DNA of 63,505 bases, filler included, from Octopus bimaculoides (taxonomy: Eukaryota), in assembly GCF_001194135.2 (NCBI RefSeq). It is 5 parts of 5 records of this genome, joined end to end, with 100 filler letters (N's around TTAATTAATTAA, not from the genome) between each part and the next. Parts side by side here need not be neighbours in the genome. Positions count along the whole stretch, not along the records: positions 1 to 23,458 come from NC_068992.1; 4 more parts are not named here. One strand, given 5' to 3'. Made by a program: the position numbers and the translations under genes. The notes under the pieces are model-generated. The model did not search any database. It worked only from the letters and a program-made list of their open reading frames with translations, and was not told where the DNA came from. Shown piece by piece: positions 1-13,339 of this stretch. Each line of letters begins with the position of its first letter. The first letter of the stretch is position 1.

Positions 1-49
<49 letters not shown>

Positions 50-392
50 ATGTATAGGTTGAAAATATGTGGAAAATATATAAAAAGTGGAACAAAAATG
101 CCTTCGTTTCATATAATATAATATTTTTTAATAAATATACACATATTAAATGGATGTCGTGAGATCCAACCTATTTAAATTAGCTTCTCAAGGGACGTTG
201 TACAGTAATCAATTCTCGTGACAGAGGGGTCTCGTCAATTTGGATGTTTGAAGAATAAGAAGCATGAGTCTAGACAGTGAACCAAGGGAAGCAACAGTTA
301 GCAAGGGGGACAACTCTCTCCTTAGTATAATTTTTTAAATGGTCATAAAATGGTCAAACAAATGGTCAAATTTGTATATTGAGGTCTGGTCT

Positions 393-710
393 TCATTTTT
401 GTACGAGCAGGTTTTCCTTGTTTAGGCGTTCTTTTACTGAGATTGAATCTTTGCTTTGGTATAATGGGAAGATATGAAAATTCGGCGTTTTATTACTTGC
501 GCATCTGTCGATATGTCCGCTCAGTGCTATCTGCCTGTATTGATGAAAACGAATCTGTTCTTTATGCAGCTTGACTCTGCGTCTCAAAGTGAGGCTCGTT
601 TGGCTCACATAATTGTGACCACAACCTGAGCAGGTTAAGACATAGAGAAGGTTCTGGGAAGCACATGTGATTTTCAGCTCAGAATTTTGGCACGTGGTGT
701 ATACATACAT
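393..710 (-). pseudogene. Penelope-like retroelement remnant, GIY-YIG endonuclease domain
   Basis: Translation TCASQNLLYVLTCSGCGHNYVSQTSLTLRRRVKLH...HIDRC...ERLNKE matches the Penelope EN pattern C-x-S-x-N-x-x-Y-x-x-x-C-x-x-C-x-x-x-Y-(V/I)-G-x-T...R...H; conserved G is S here; no RT visible upstream. Confidence 0.85.
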
Positions 711-1782
711 CTGTTCATTTGCATGTGTCTGCTTTCATGATGTGATACATTCATCTAGACAAATGTTCAAGTATTTTTCCGAATTTGAATCAAAAACTTT
801 TCTTGTTTTACCGACAATCACGGATTTGACGTTTAAATAGACAAAGTTCATGAGATTCATTAATATGAAAGATTCGGTCGCAAATTGTGTACCCTGTTAT
901 TTATCACAATAAATAAACTACTTTCGATACCCTTAAATTGAGGACCTTAACCGCACCCACTCGTCCATACACAGACACATACATACATACATACATACGT
1001 ACATACGCATGCACGCACGCACACATGCACACACACATACATACATGAGTAAGCATACTGTTATTCTTTAAGAATTTTGCATTCCTTACTGAACATATTC
1101 CCTAATGTCTTCTCACAGACTCTTATAAGTTGATCTTATAAAGCTGTCTTGACTTAATGCATGGCTAATTTAGAAGATATCACTTTGCTGATGTTCCTAC
1201 ACAAGTAATTTTTGTCAGTTGGTGTAGTTGGAACTTTTATAATTATATCTTACATGTTTTCTGAACAACTATAACTTGAAATCCTATCAAATACTTAAGT
1301 TTAACTGCGGATAAACGTAGAATGGTTTACTCGTTAGAACGCAAAAATGGTTCATATAGGTGATATTACAAGCATAATTAATACCCTACTTGTCCTAGTT
1401 GCTGTTAGTGTGTTGCACATGTCCTGTACCGTAAAAACTGCAAATTCAGTATCTGATAAGATTAAACTTCTTTGCAAAAAAAAGATATTACAAGTTTTTT
1501 TTTAGTTATATATTGTGGCTGTAGTTAAAAGCATACTTAATCTCAATCAGAGTTAGATAATAGATATCAAGAACGTGATGATTTAATTGCTGAGTCTCAT
1601 TTGCACTTATGTTCCTCTGATATTCATACAACTGGCAACTGATATTTCGTAGTAATGAGAAGAGTATTATTTGGTATGTGCATCGCAAGTGTTACATAAA
1701 TAAGTATATTACGTGACGTAAAATAGACGGACACACACACACGCATGTATAAATGTATTTACGAATCATATATTTATACTCT

Positions 1783-1834
<52 letters not shown>

Positions 1835-2451
1835 ATGTATATATATTAATGATACGTANNNNNNNNNNNNNNNNNNNNNNNNNNNNNNNNNNNNNNNNNN
1901 NNNNNNNNNNNNNNNNNNNNNNNNNNNNNNNNNNNNNNNNNNNNNNNNNNNNNNNNNNNNNNNNNNNNNNNNNNNNNNNNNNNNNNNNNNNNNNNNNNNN
2001 ATATATATATATATATATTAATAATTTCTATATATGTGTGTTTGTGTGTGTGTGTGTGTGTGTAAAAAGAACATATACGTATATTATATGCGTACTCATA
2101 CTCATATGTATATGCATATATCAATCTAATTTAAACAAAGGTTTTTTTTCATTTCTTTCGCAGCTTTCGTTCAATTAAGAAATGCACTGTTACGTTTATA
2201 TTACAATCAGAAAACATGATGCTTCAAAAAGTAAATTTAAAACATTGTGATCTATTATGTATGATGTAAACTGCAATCTGTTGCCATATATTCCAAATAC
2301 AATATTAATTTGCAGCATATATATTGTTTTAAGATTATGCAAAAAATTTAAAAAAATGTAATTGAAGCATTATAAATTATAATGTTACAAGACTGTCTCA
2401 TTATTTTCTTAGAAAAAGCCAAAAATTGCAAAGAATTATGATAATGACTAT

Positions 2452-2966
2452 CATTATTCAGTGAGAGAGAAGTTTATGCTATCAAAGTGACACTGGGGTA
2501 AAATATACGAAGCCCAGTATACCCATCATGACCTCTCGTATGATAAGGGTACACCAGGTACATGCTTCACAAACACGTGCATGACATGGTGATCTCATAT
2601 CAAGATTAACAGCGCATGACCTCGCAGGTGGGGCCCAGTTACAAATTTCTTCAGGTCGAGTAGCACATCCCGCTCAAAAGGTCCCTGAATTAGATCTGTT
2701 TAAGGATGTTGAATGAAACACCTATGTTTCGAGAGGCGAATATCCGAACGCCAACGAATTCCTCAACAGAGGGCTATAATGCTCCCTCACTACTTCTGCT
2801 CATGATCAGAGATGCATACATCGTCAGCCACTAAAGGACATACTCAACTGGTTATGGTCAAACAACTGAAAATGCAAATCTATGGTATTCAGCAGAATAT
2901 ATGCTGTAGCCCATCATTTGTACTAAGACAAAACAATGTACATGATGACACTTCCAAAAAGTTAAA

Positions 2967-2968
<2 letters not shown>
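2452..2968 (-). mobile_element. Unclassified ~520-bp interspersed repeat (non-coding retroelement 3' portion or non-autonomous element) abutting a (TTA)n array
   Basis: Higher-complexity, GC-richer block with no credible ORF. It ends on the minus strand in a decayed AAT tail (2452) and begins directly at the (TTA)n run at 2969. Confidence 0.5.
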
Positions 2969-3008
<40 letters not shown>

Positions 3009-3016
3009 CATTATTA
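2969..3016. repeat. (TTA)n microsatellite
   Basis: Direct read of the sequence. Confidence 0.95.
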
Positions 3017-3311
3017 TAGACGTCGCACAGTATACAATAATGTTAGGTTGTTGATTGAAGATATTGTGTCTACTGGGGATTTGTACTGTTTATCAAGTCA
3101 CAACAAGTATCTCAGACAGACAGACTTTCCGCAATATGCGCACAGTTCCAAGTAATGCCGACTTTTGTAATACATCAAGATTGTGGGGTGTCTCTATGGT
3201 TTTCAGATGTTTTTTTTTTATCAGATTGGGTGGTATTGAACTCAATGCTCCGATGGCAATAGGGATAACATCTATGTTCGACTCTCGTAGATGTCACATC
3301 TTAACGAGACC
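3017..3311 (-). mobile_element. R4/Dong-like non-LTR retrotransposon, 5'-truncated 3' end (RLE C-terminus plus 3' UTR)
   Basis: Minus strand reads M*HLRESNIDVIPIAIGALSSIPPNL...LQKSALLGTVRILRKV, the typical R4-clade C-terminus (W..VVPIVIGALG...LQK.ALLGT.RILRKV). Stop at 3093-3095, then a short UTR and (AAT)n tail. Confidence 0.8.
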
Positions 3312-3312
3312 T

Positions 3313-3515
3313 CGAGTCGGTAGAATTGTTAGCATTCCAAGTAAGGGCTTAGCGGCATTTCGTCCGTTCTTTCGTTCTAACTTCCAATTCCACCGAGGCT
3401 GATTTTGCCTTTCCTCATTTCGGAGTCGAGCAATATCAGTCACACACAGAGATGTAATCGACTTGCTATCGCTCTTAAAACTGCAGGGCTTGTGTCTTTA
3501 ATAAAGAGAATATTA
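3313..3515 (+). mobile_element. SINE family B (head AAGGCGGCGAGCTGGCAGAATCGTTAG), diverged copy
   Basis: GTAGAATTGTTAGCA...GCTTAGCGGCATTTCGTCC...AATTCCACCGAGG...ATGTAATCGACT aligns by eye to the other family B copies. Confidence 0.8.
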
Positions 3516-4159
3516 CCATTATCATTGCTAAACCGGGAAAATGCTTAGCGACTCTTCGTTTTCTAAATTAAAATAAATACCAGTTTAGTGCTAGGGTTTA
3601 TGCAATCAATTAAGATCTTCCTTTCAAATTTTCTGGCCCTTTGCTAAAAGTTGAAATGATTGTTTTTCTTGTCTTGTGTTTGTTGTTCTTCGCTGTGGTT
3701 CGTATAAGTTTATTTGTGATGCAAATACTTTGTTAAGTTTTATTCGTTTGCTATTAGTTGGACGTTTCGATAAGTAGGGACCTCTGTTGCACTTCGTTGC
3801 ACAAGCAAAGCTACAAGCATCACCCCCAAAATAAACACTAATGGAAGTAGAAACTACGAGAAGAATAACAGTTGGAGGGGCAACAAAAACGCCACCAACG
3901 GCAAAGGCAATAATATCAGCAAAACACCAAATTTTAGGAGTAACACTCAGGGTTTCGTCGCTGGAGTATTCTCTACCGAGAAATTATATAATATGTCCCG
4001 TGGAGAATAAAGAACAAAATCGCAAAACTATTTACGAAAACAGAAGAGAGAACTCTACCTGCAACTACTAGAAATACGATTATATGTTGCTGCTATGTTT
4101 ATCAACCAGAACCTGGTGACGGCCACTAACGCTTAGGTAGAAAGGGCCCACAAATAGTC

Positions 4160-4320
4160 CTTTCCAATATAGGTACAAGGCTTAACATTTGTGGGGAAGG
4201 AGTAGTCGATTGCATCGACACTAGTGCTTATTTTATTGAATGACAAATCGACTTCGGCGGAATTTGAACTCAGAACATAAAACGCCTTCTTTCTCAACGT
4301 GCTAACGATTTTACTAAGTC
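4160..4320 (-). mobile_element. SINE family B copy
   Basis: TAGGTACAAGGC...AGTCGATTGCATCGAC...CGGCGGAATTTGAACTCAGAAC...GTGCTAACGATT is the reverse complement of the family B pattern. Confidence 0.85.
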
Positions 4321-5016
4321 TCTCTGAAACCCACACATAATAATAACAGCAAGTTACACCCATATACAGCTTCATGCTTGCGAGCTGCAAAAATAGGGCT
4401 GTCATTTCACATAGCAAAAAGTGGAAACAGAGACAAAAGTGAAGTTCTCAAAAAAAAAAAAAAAAAATCACAGGACAAAATATATCACTAGAATTTCTGG
4501 ACATAAAAGGAACACTTACCATGACACTCCCAGTGAGCAGGGTGACTAGAGATCAGTGAGTTTCCTTGGTAAGCCATGTTTGTAGTTTCCTTCATTATAG
4601 TGGTATTTTGTTATGGTAATTCTGTTTTTAATTGATAAATTCTTTTATTGTTTACACGCGTGTATGTTCACCATCATTATCCTTGCTGTTTTATTCTACA
4701 AAAGGTATTTTACAGCCTTTAGTAGAAAGGATCATTTTCTTTCTATTTCTCCGCCTACTTAAGGAACTTACTTTTCTTCAATTTTCTTCATCTTTATTGT
4801 TTCTCACATGATAGAGAGTAAAAGAAAAGTTCTTGTACGTGGCGTATTTCAAAATCTTACCCTATTTTTTATGCTGATGGTAAAAATTACGATCTAACCT
4901 ATATGATTTTTTCATATGTTTTTTAAACAATAAAATCTATCAGCGAAACTGACTTCACATTCTTTACTGCATTTTCTATTTGAATACTTACATTTACATA
5001 TATATACACACAACAG

Positions 5017-5061
<45 letters not shown>

Positions 5062-6176
5062 AAGACACATATATATAAACATAGACATATATGTATATAT
5101 ATATGTATATGTATCTATATGTATGTACATGCATGTATGGATGGGTGTATGCATGTATATGTATATGTGTGTATGTATGTGTGTGTGTATGTATATATTG
5201 CGTGCTTAAAGATAATAATATCGTCTACAAATGCGTCAGCAAAATGTAATTAATAACTACGTAGTCTTTATGAAGAAGAACAAGAATAAAATATACATCT
5301 GCCGAAAATAATTGAAGATATATCTATGAATCTAAATATATTTGTCATGTTGGCGAGGCACATGTCATAACCCACTTAACTTGTCACTCAGCTAATTAAA
5401 CGGTAGTAAAATACTGATTAATTTGAAATATATGTGTTTGTAAGTGTGCATCTGTGTGTGTGTGTGTGTGTGTGCGTGTGTGTGTGAGAGTGTATGTATA
5501 TATATGAATATAGAACACACAAACACACACAAATAAATATATATATANNNNNNNNNNNNNNNNNNNNNNNNNTAGGTATGTGTCAACATCTATAGGTAAG
5601 CATACTTAGTTATGTATATTATATAATAAGCTGAATGTATTTTTTTATTATTATTTTCATGTCCTCTCTTTAAATCTCGAACATTTTAAATCATTTCGGT
5701 TTTGAAGTGAAAAATGAATGAGGTCGTATAATACTCAGAATGTCGAAGAGAGAAGTAGAGGATAAATGATATTGCGAGAGAGAGAGAAGAGAGACAAATA
5801 GAACGGTTAGTAGGAAAGTACTATATATTTAGTGGAAATTGGAGAGCGTAGCATATGTAGTGAGGTGTAATATGTGAGTTAGAGAGAGACGGAAATAGAG
5901 GGAGGAAAGTGTTGCAATATTTAGTCAGCATGCACGAAAAAGAGATAATGGTAGAAGTAAGCTTAATAGTCATCTACATGAGCTGTGGTAAACTACGTAC
6001 GTTGTGAGAAAGCGTTCGTCTTATACAGCATGGTGGCAATTATTTCAACGCTGTGCAGTGGTCAATCATTTGCCAGTGAATGTGTACGACTAAAATTATA
6101 TCAAATTGGTTTCTGAGAATAAGAATTACATATTACAATTGGCGAAATGTTGGATACGATGAATACACACACACAC

Positions 6177-6177
6177 A

Positions 6178-6229
<52 letters not shown>

Positions 6230-6240
6230 CACGCACGCAC
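6177..6240. repeat. (CACG)n tetranucleotide microsatellite
   Basis: Direct read of the sequence. Confidence 0.95.
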
Positions 6241-6304
6241 ACACACACACACACGCACACACATGTTTGCGTGCGTGAGTGTGTAAATATATTCATATGC
6301 ATCG

Positions 6305-6360
<56 letters not shown>

Positions 6361-6704
6361 ATATATATATATATATATATTTACACACACATATAAAAAA
6401 ATGTATATACATACATGGTATGATGTATATATAATACAAACAAACACACACATATTGTGTGGTATGTTGTAAAATACAGATTTTGACGTACATAAGGAAA
6501 GAATGGGTGTTTAAATTGCACGTTTGTTTTGATATTATGTCACCTCAGCTAAAATTGACCACGTATAAATAACAGTATCAGCAACAATCGTATGATGCTT
6601 TTATAGGACATAGCTCGGGAACGCTTGGAGTTGCTTTAAACATTACATAGTTTAAATAATGCATGTTATATGAACGACATATAGTTATACAAACATGTAG
6701 AGAG

Positions 6705-6910
6705 AGATGGTAGAAGCATTATACTGTTTGAAAAATTTTTTGCAGCATTTTTCGGCTTTATATTCTGAGTTCAAATTCCGCTGAGGTCGATTTTACCTTT
6801 CATTGTCAGGAGTCGATAAGACCAGTACCGTGTGGGGACTGGGGCCAATGTTGTTGAGTAATTTTCTCCTACAACATTACAGGCTTTGTGCCTATAGTTG
6901 CAAAGATTAA
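6705..6910 (+). mobile_element. SINE family B, diverged copy
   Basis: TTCTGAGTTCAAATTCCGCTGAGGTCGATTTTACCTTTCAT...AGGCTTTGTGCCTATAG. Confidence 0.85.
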
Positions 6911-7127
6911 TTCAAATATCTATGTTACCGAAACAAATTTATTAACAGGACAATTTATAATTGCCCATATATGATTGTATAATTACGATGTTTTATATAT
7001 ATGTACGTGAGAGTGATATATATATATATACAAAGAGAGAGAGAGAGAGAGTGTGTGTGAGTGTGTGTGTGTGTGTGTGNNNNNNNNNNNNNNNNNNNNN
7101 NNNNNNNNNNNNNNNNNNNNNNNNNNN

Positions 7128-7172
<45 letters not shown>

Positions 7173-7590
7173 AAGAGAGAGAGAGAGAGAGTGTGTGTGA
7201 GTGTGTGTGTGTGTGTGTGTGTCTGTATGTGTGTATGTACAAAAACTAGAAAGAAAATGTTGTATTTTGTACGTTGCAAATGGAATGCACCATATACAAC
7301 ACGAAAATATATATCTTCCCCGAATAAATAGGTAAATAAATAAATAAATTGCTGCACTGTAATTCTGACAAGGTACAATAAGAAAATGGCTGCCAAATTA
7401 AACTTCTGCGTAAGCTTGTATTAAGTATGTCTATAAATATGCATAAGTATGTGTGTGTGTGCGTGTATATGTATATGCCTATGTATGTAAGTATAAATGA
7501 ATGTGTATGTGTATATGTATACATATGTACATATATATCTATATATATATGCTTATACGTGCATATATATACGTACATATGTGCATATAA

Positions 7591-7675
<85 letters not shown>

Positions 7676-8685
7676 CTCACACATACATATATATATCATA
7701 TATAAATATATATAATATATACATATACACACACACGCACAACACACACACACATACATATATATATATACGTATGCATTTTCCCATGCGTGTATGTGAG
7801 TGTGTACTTATGCACGTGCACACACATGTGCATGTGCAGTTGTTGATCTAGCCACATTTAATAATGATTTCGGTGTAAAATAATTAGCATGCAATTGTAT
7901 CAAGTGCAAATCCATGTCACATTGTCTATCGTAATGTAGCAAGCGATAAAGCAGTGTATGTTTTAAGTATATCTCAGCTGTTAGCGTTACCAAATTATTT
8001 TCTATTTATTTTAGCTCTGATTTTATCAGTTAGTATGCGAGCAAAGCATTCAAAAAACTAAGGTTGATATGTTGATCTCACGAAAGTTATATAACATATG
8101 ATAGCAAAAACAAACTCGTACTAAATATATCATACACTTATACGAAAAACGTGTAGAAGTATTTTTTAAATTTTGTTGCAGTTCTTCCTGTAATTGTGAG
8201 TTTAGCTTCTGTTTCTGTTTTTCGTTTTACAAACGAAACTTTAGTACTGTTAGTAATGTAGTATTTTGTTGTTGCAGTACTAGTTGTAATTTTTTTTTTT
8301 TTTTTTTGCTCTTAGTGCAATTGCTACATCTGCTATGACTACTATTACTAGAAGTTTGGATCAAACTGATAAAAGCATGATTTTGTTATGTGTTGCAGAC
8401 ATGTAGAAAAAGGAAAATCTAGTCGTCTAACTCATCATCTAGAAGGAAGCTTCTGGAAGAGTATATTTGATCCTCATAGTAAAATTAATACGCTGTCGCC
8501 TTACATGGTGGCCAGCGTTTTGTGAAATTCCATTAACAATGTCATATATATTTTTAATTTCAATGTATGCTGGATACATTTTTGATTCTGATATATTTTA
8601 TCGTAAATGTAAAGCGTTCAAGTTCTTTAATACAATAAAAAGTTTTCCATTCCTCGTGCATATAGCGGATACACGAAACGATTAT

Positions 8686-8692
8686 TATTATT

Positions 8693-8730
<38 letters not shown>

Positions 8731-8755
8731 TATTATTATTATTATTATTATTATT
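8686..8755. repeat. Compound (TTA)n(TCA)n(TTA)n microsatellite
   Basis: Direct read of the sequence. Confidence 0.95.
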
Positions 8756-8961
8756 AAGGCGGCGAGCTGGCAGAATTGTTAGCGCGCCGGGCAATATGCT
8801 TTGCGACATTTCGTCCGTCTTTACGTTCTGAGTTCAAATTGCGCCGAGGGCCTTTCATCATTTCTGTGTTGATAAATTAAGTACCAGTCGAGCACTGAGG
8901 TCGATGTAATCGACAACTCCTCTCTCACCAAATTTCACGCCTTGTGCCTATAATAGAAAGG

Positions 8962-8994
<33 letters not shown>

Positions 8995-8995
8995 T
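8756..8995 (+). mobile_element. SINE family B, full length, with (ATT)n tail
   Basis: A-box-like TGGCAGAATTGTTAG, B-box-like GAGTTCAAATT, 3' CTTGTGCCTATAATAGAAAGG followed by (ATT)n. Confidence 0.9.
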
Positions 8996-10261
8996 TCTAT
9001 TCATCACAGATTTTGCTGGAGCTCTTGGAGTCATGCATGTGTAGTGGGCTTACTACCTGCAGGCTACGATACCATGCTATTCATCCTTTTCAGGTATCTA
9101 ATACTGTCTTGATTATTCTGGTGTGTGTACATCACCGTAACCTCGTACTTCGGCGAAAAGAGTCCGATAGGTAACAGATACAAAATAATAGTACTTGTGT
9201 CGGTTTGTTCGACGTAACCCATCGAGGCCGTGTCCCACTATGGCTGCCGTCCAGTGACTGACACAAATAAACTATAAAAGAACTAAAATACACAAACACA
9301 CACGTTCGTTCAAACACACAAGTTCACACACGCGTACTGATATATATCTCCGTATGTCTCAATGAATATCTTACACTCTTGATCGTGTTAGTCAGTTGGT
9401 CCTTATTTCTCAGACAAACTGAATAACACTTCATGGGTTATAGTTCTAGGTACGACATGTTAATGCAACTGTACTATTTAGGTTACCATACGATATTCCT
9501 TTTCTAAAATACACTACGGAGTTTGCATTTATTTTCTTGTTTCCTTTATAATTTAATTAAGTGAGGTTTTGCTATATAGCGGCAGATTTTGATCAATTCA
9601 TTTTTTTTTTTTTTTTTTTGGTTTGTTTAGAATTTGAGTGATGTGTTGAATGATGTGGAATATTTTTATGTAATAAACAGGTCGTTGAATCTTGACCCAT
9701 TCCTAAACGTTGGTGCACTATGATAATGTAACCAACTTAAGAGTTCAGATGCCATTTAAAACTTTCAACCGTTATCCATTATTTCTTTAAATAGGTTAGA
9801 GGAGATGGGGAACTTCTCGTGTATATTTGTAATCCTGGTGCCACATATTCATACAGTTTACTCTATACACTTCTAATATAATGGTCTATTGAGCAAGGCT
9901 TTATGGTTTTGTACGATAAATCGTAAACAAATACGATGTACGTAGACATATTAACCATCGTGTGTACACACATTAACTAACACACACACAGACACACACC
10001 AAAAACGTATATACGATTGTTGGTGTGTGTGTGTGTGTGTGTGTGTGTGCGTATCTTTGTGTGTGTGTACGTGTGTGTTGTACATGTATGTACATTTGTG
10101 TATGCGTACATATGTGCATATGCGAGTGTTAATATGTCTGTATTTATATTAAATAATATTTGTCTCGCACTGGATGGACTATTGATCCCAGCAATAATAG
10201 CAAAATATTCTATATACATGTGTGTATGTAGTGTATGTGTGTATATCTATATATATATTCT

Positions 10262-10497
10262 TTTATTTCTTATTCTTTTGCTTGTTTTACTCATTTGGCT
10301 GCGGCCTTGCTGGAGCATCACCTTTAGCCGAGCGAATCGACCCCACAACTTATTCTTTGTAAGCCTAGTACTCATTCTATCCGTCTCTGTTGCCGAACCG
10401 TTAAGTTACGAGGACGTAAACACATCGGTTGTCAAACGATGATGGGGAAACAAACACAGACACACAGAAAACCCACACCCACACACACACACACACA

Positions 10498-10556
<59 letters not shown>

Positions 10557-10695
10557 ACACACACACATATATATATATATTCGACGGGCTTCGTTCAATT
10601 TCCGTCTACCAAATCCACCCACAAGGCTTTGGTCGGTCCGAGGCTATAGTAGAAGACACTTCCCGCAAGGTTCCACGCAGTGGGACTGAACCCAC
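10262..10695 (-). mobile_element. SINE family A (head GGCGCAGGAGTGGCTGTGTGGTAAG), 5'-truncated, with internal (TA)n/(TG)n
   Basis: Reverse complement of GGTTCAGTCCCACTGCGTGG...GCCTCGGACCGACCAAAGCCTTGTG...GAAGCCCGTCG-(TA)(TG)n-...CGGTTCGGCAACAGAGAC...GCTCCAGCAAGGCCGCAGCC. Confidence 0.9.
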
Positions 10696-12495
10696 ACCTG
10701 CTCGTATATATATATATAATTATTGTAGATGCACGCACTAAAGACGTGACCCCTAACAGGACACCTTATATGTTAAACAGAACAGTCAAAGTCCAAACCG
10801 CGGTTAAGAGTAATTTCGAAGAAGATGAATGTACACTAATTTTATATGAAAAATAAGTTGTCTATTGCAGGCAGAAAATTTCTCTAATTTCTCAACCCTG
10901 TATATATTTTGTTAATGTATTCATGTATATATATGTACACACACACACAAATATATGTGCCTATACAGTGTGTGTATATGTGTGTGTGTGTGTTTACGTA
11001 TGCGTTTTCTGACAATGACCAATCTAGCTGTTAACATTTTTTTCTGTTTTAACACTGTTTCCAGAATTACGTTATGCAATATACCTGCCAGCTTTTATAA
11101 ATATAAAGTGAGATTTGAGAAAATGTTTAGGTATATAGTACTCTGTCAAGATATTCTTTGGCACAGGATTATTTGGAACTACCTGAATAAGTTTACGCCC
11201 ATTCTATGCAGAAAGTACAACACATATTTAACTTTGCTATATCTCGGAAAGGTCATGTAAATGTTGGAATGACCCTACCGAGATACAACAAAATATGCTT
11301 GAACAGACGAGTTCAGGTCAAGAATCAGGCAAAACATATTTGAAAGCTTTATATTTTAATATGTCCTCGAAAAAATCAAAATCCACTTGTGGCAGGCTTC
11401 TCCTTTGCCTGACTTTAAATATGCTAGTGAGGCACCCGCTTTCTTGGTTCCACATTGTCTCATACATAAAATATGAGAGAAATGGAAAGAAAATTAAATT
11501 TACGAGATTTTTTAATGACCATTACGATCGTCTCAACCCATCGTGCATCGGTACCTCACAGGTGAGATGCTGTACAAACTATCGTGGTGTATCATCGGTG
11601 CAGATGTATCTCGTCAGGTAACTAGTGAAAAGGTACCTCGTTTTCTGATCCTCATTTCGCTTTTTTCGATAAATAAACATTTTTCTTGTTGTTTGTAGCT
11701 TCTCGCATACAGCGAACAGGCTTTATACTACAAGGTCTATACCCAAATTTAAAGTTATTACCCTATGTATGTCTACGAGATTACTTTCATTCTGCTGTGA
11801 TCGAGATATTGTGTAGAAATGTATTTTGAAGTGCTATAAAATTTTGGGGAAATGTCAGTAACAGTATTCCAATACACAAACGTATATTCTGCTAAACATA
11901 TTATTATACATTATAGTTTTTGCTTATGTATTAAACCGCGTGTCAATACTATACATTAAGTTTATACTTCTATTTATTACAGTTATTTGTATTCATCAAT
12001 AATAATTGAAACTGTACACAACTTGTAAGTGTATATTTGTTATAAAATTTAGATGTAATATTCATGACAAATATCTGAATAAATAATATTACAACTTGCG
12101 AGTTACTTTCAAAATTTATCTATTGATATTTTCTTGAGGATTATTTCGAGTTTTATGTTTTGTTTTTCATCTTTTATATTTTTATTCAATATTTGTAAAT
12201 GCTATTTCAATGTATGATATTTAAATAGACATACATATTTATGTATACTAAAAATCAACATACAAATACGTCTGAACGAATAACTAAGTCATCATTATAA
12301 ACAATATATTTCTAATACGTTTAACTTATGATTACACAATGAAATAATTTGAAATGTTAACTGTACAAAATGAGATAAAAAAACAGATTTTTTTTTTTAA
12401 CCTCCAAATTAGATATTGTTTACTCATATTCATTTAGGAAATTCTGGTGAATGGAAAGTCAGAAAATATTAGAAAAAAAAGAAAAATTATCCCAT

Positions 12496-12577
12496 AGACG
12501 CAGGCGTAGCTGTGTGGTAAAAAATTTGCTTCAGAACCATATCGTTCCGGGTACAGTACCACAGCTTAGTATCTTGG
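12496..12577 (+). mobile_element. SINE family A head, runs into a gap
   Basis: AGACGCAGGCGTAGCTGTGTGGTAA...TTCCGGGTACAGTACCAC. Confidence 0.75.
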
Positions 12578-12683
12578 NNNNNNNNNNNNNNNNNNNNNNN
12601 NNNNNNNNNNNNNNNNNNNNNNNNNNNNNNNNNNNNNNNNNNNNNNNNNNNNNNNNNNNNNNNNNNNNNNNNNNNNNTATATG

Positions 12684-12715
<32 letters not shown>

Positions 12716-13339
12716 TATATGTATCTCATTGCTATAACGTAATAGTGTCGTAAGTCCAAAACGTTGCTTTTTCAGAAAACGAAAATAATAGTTTTACCAT
12801 TCTATAGCAAACTCTTTGTACTACACGTTGACAATATTTAATATCTTGGCATCAGAAGCAACTGGGGTTACGATAGTTTGACCAAAAGAACCGGCAATTG
12901 CAAGCAAAAATAAATAATGAAATAAAAAACGCATTTGGCCAAATATGGACATACGACAGTTTAACATAATAAGGACAATATGTGTGTGTGTGTGTGCGTG
13001 TGTGCGTGTGCGTGTGTATGTGCGTATGTGCGTGCGTGTGTGTGTGAGTGTGTTTCTGTGTGTGCGTAATCGATAGAGTAAATCCCAGCCTTATAACAGA
13101 TATATACTAGTGGCAATGTTTTGACTAAAATTTATTACTGCAGTGCTCCAACAAGGCCGCAGTCTAATGACTGAAACATGTAGAAGACTAAAAGATCGGA
13201 ATAGAATACTATAACATCTAAGTCGCTCGTTTCTCTGTTTTAAGGCGCTCGTTTTTCAGCCTCGTAGTTCCGGGATCAGAACAGTTCCGGCTGTTTCACT
13301 TTTGAAAAGCTATACATTTGTCTAGATTCTAGTTATGCT

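Noticed and set aside
3055-3402. 115-aa plus-strand ORF
   Set aside because: It is the antisense shadow of the R4/Dong-like fragment plus SINE sequence.
4520-4597. Possible first coding exon on the minus strand (MKETTNMAYQGNSLISSHPAHWECH, then GTAAGT)
   Set aside because: No recognisable homology and no downstream partner exon.
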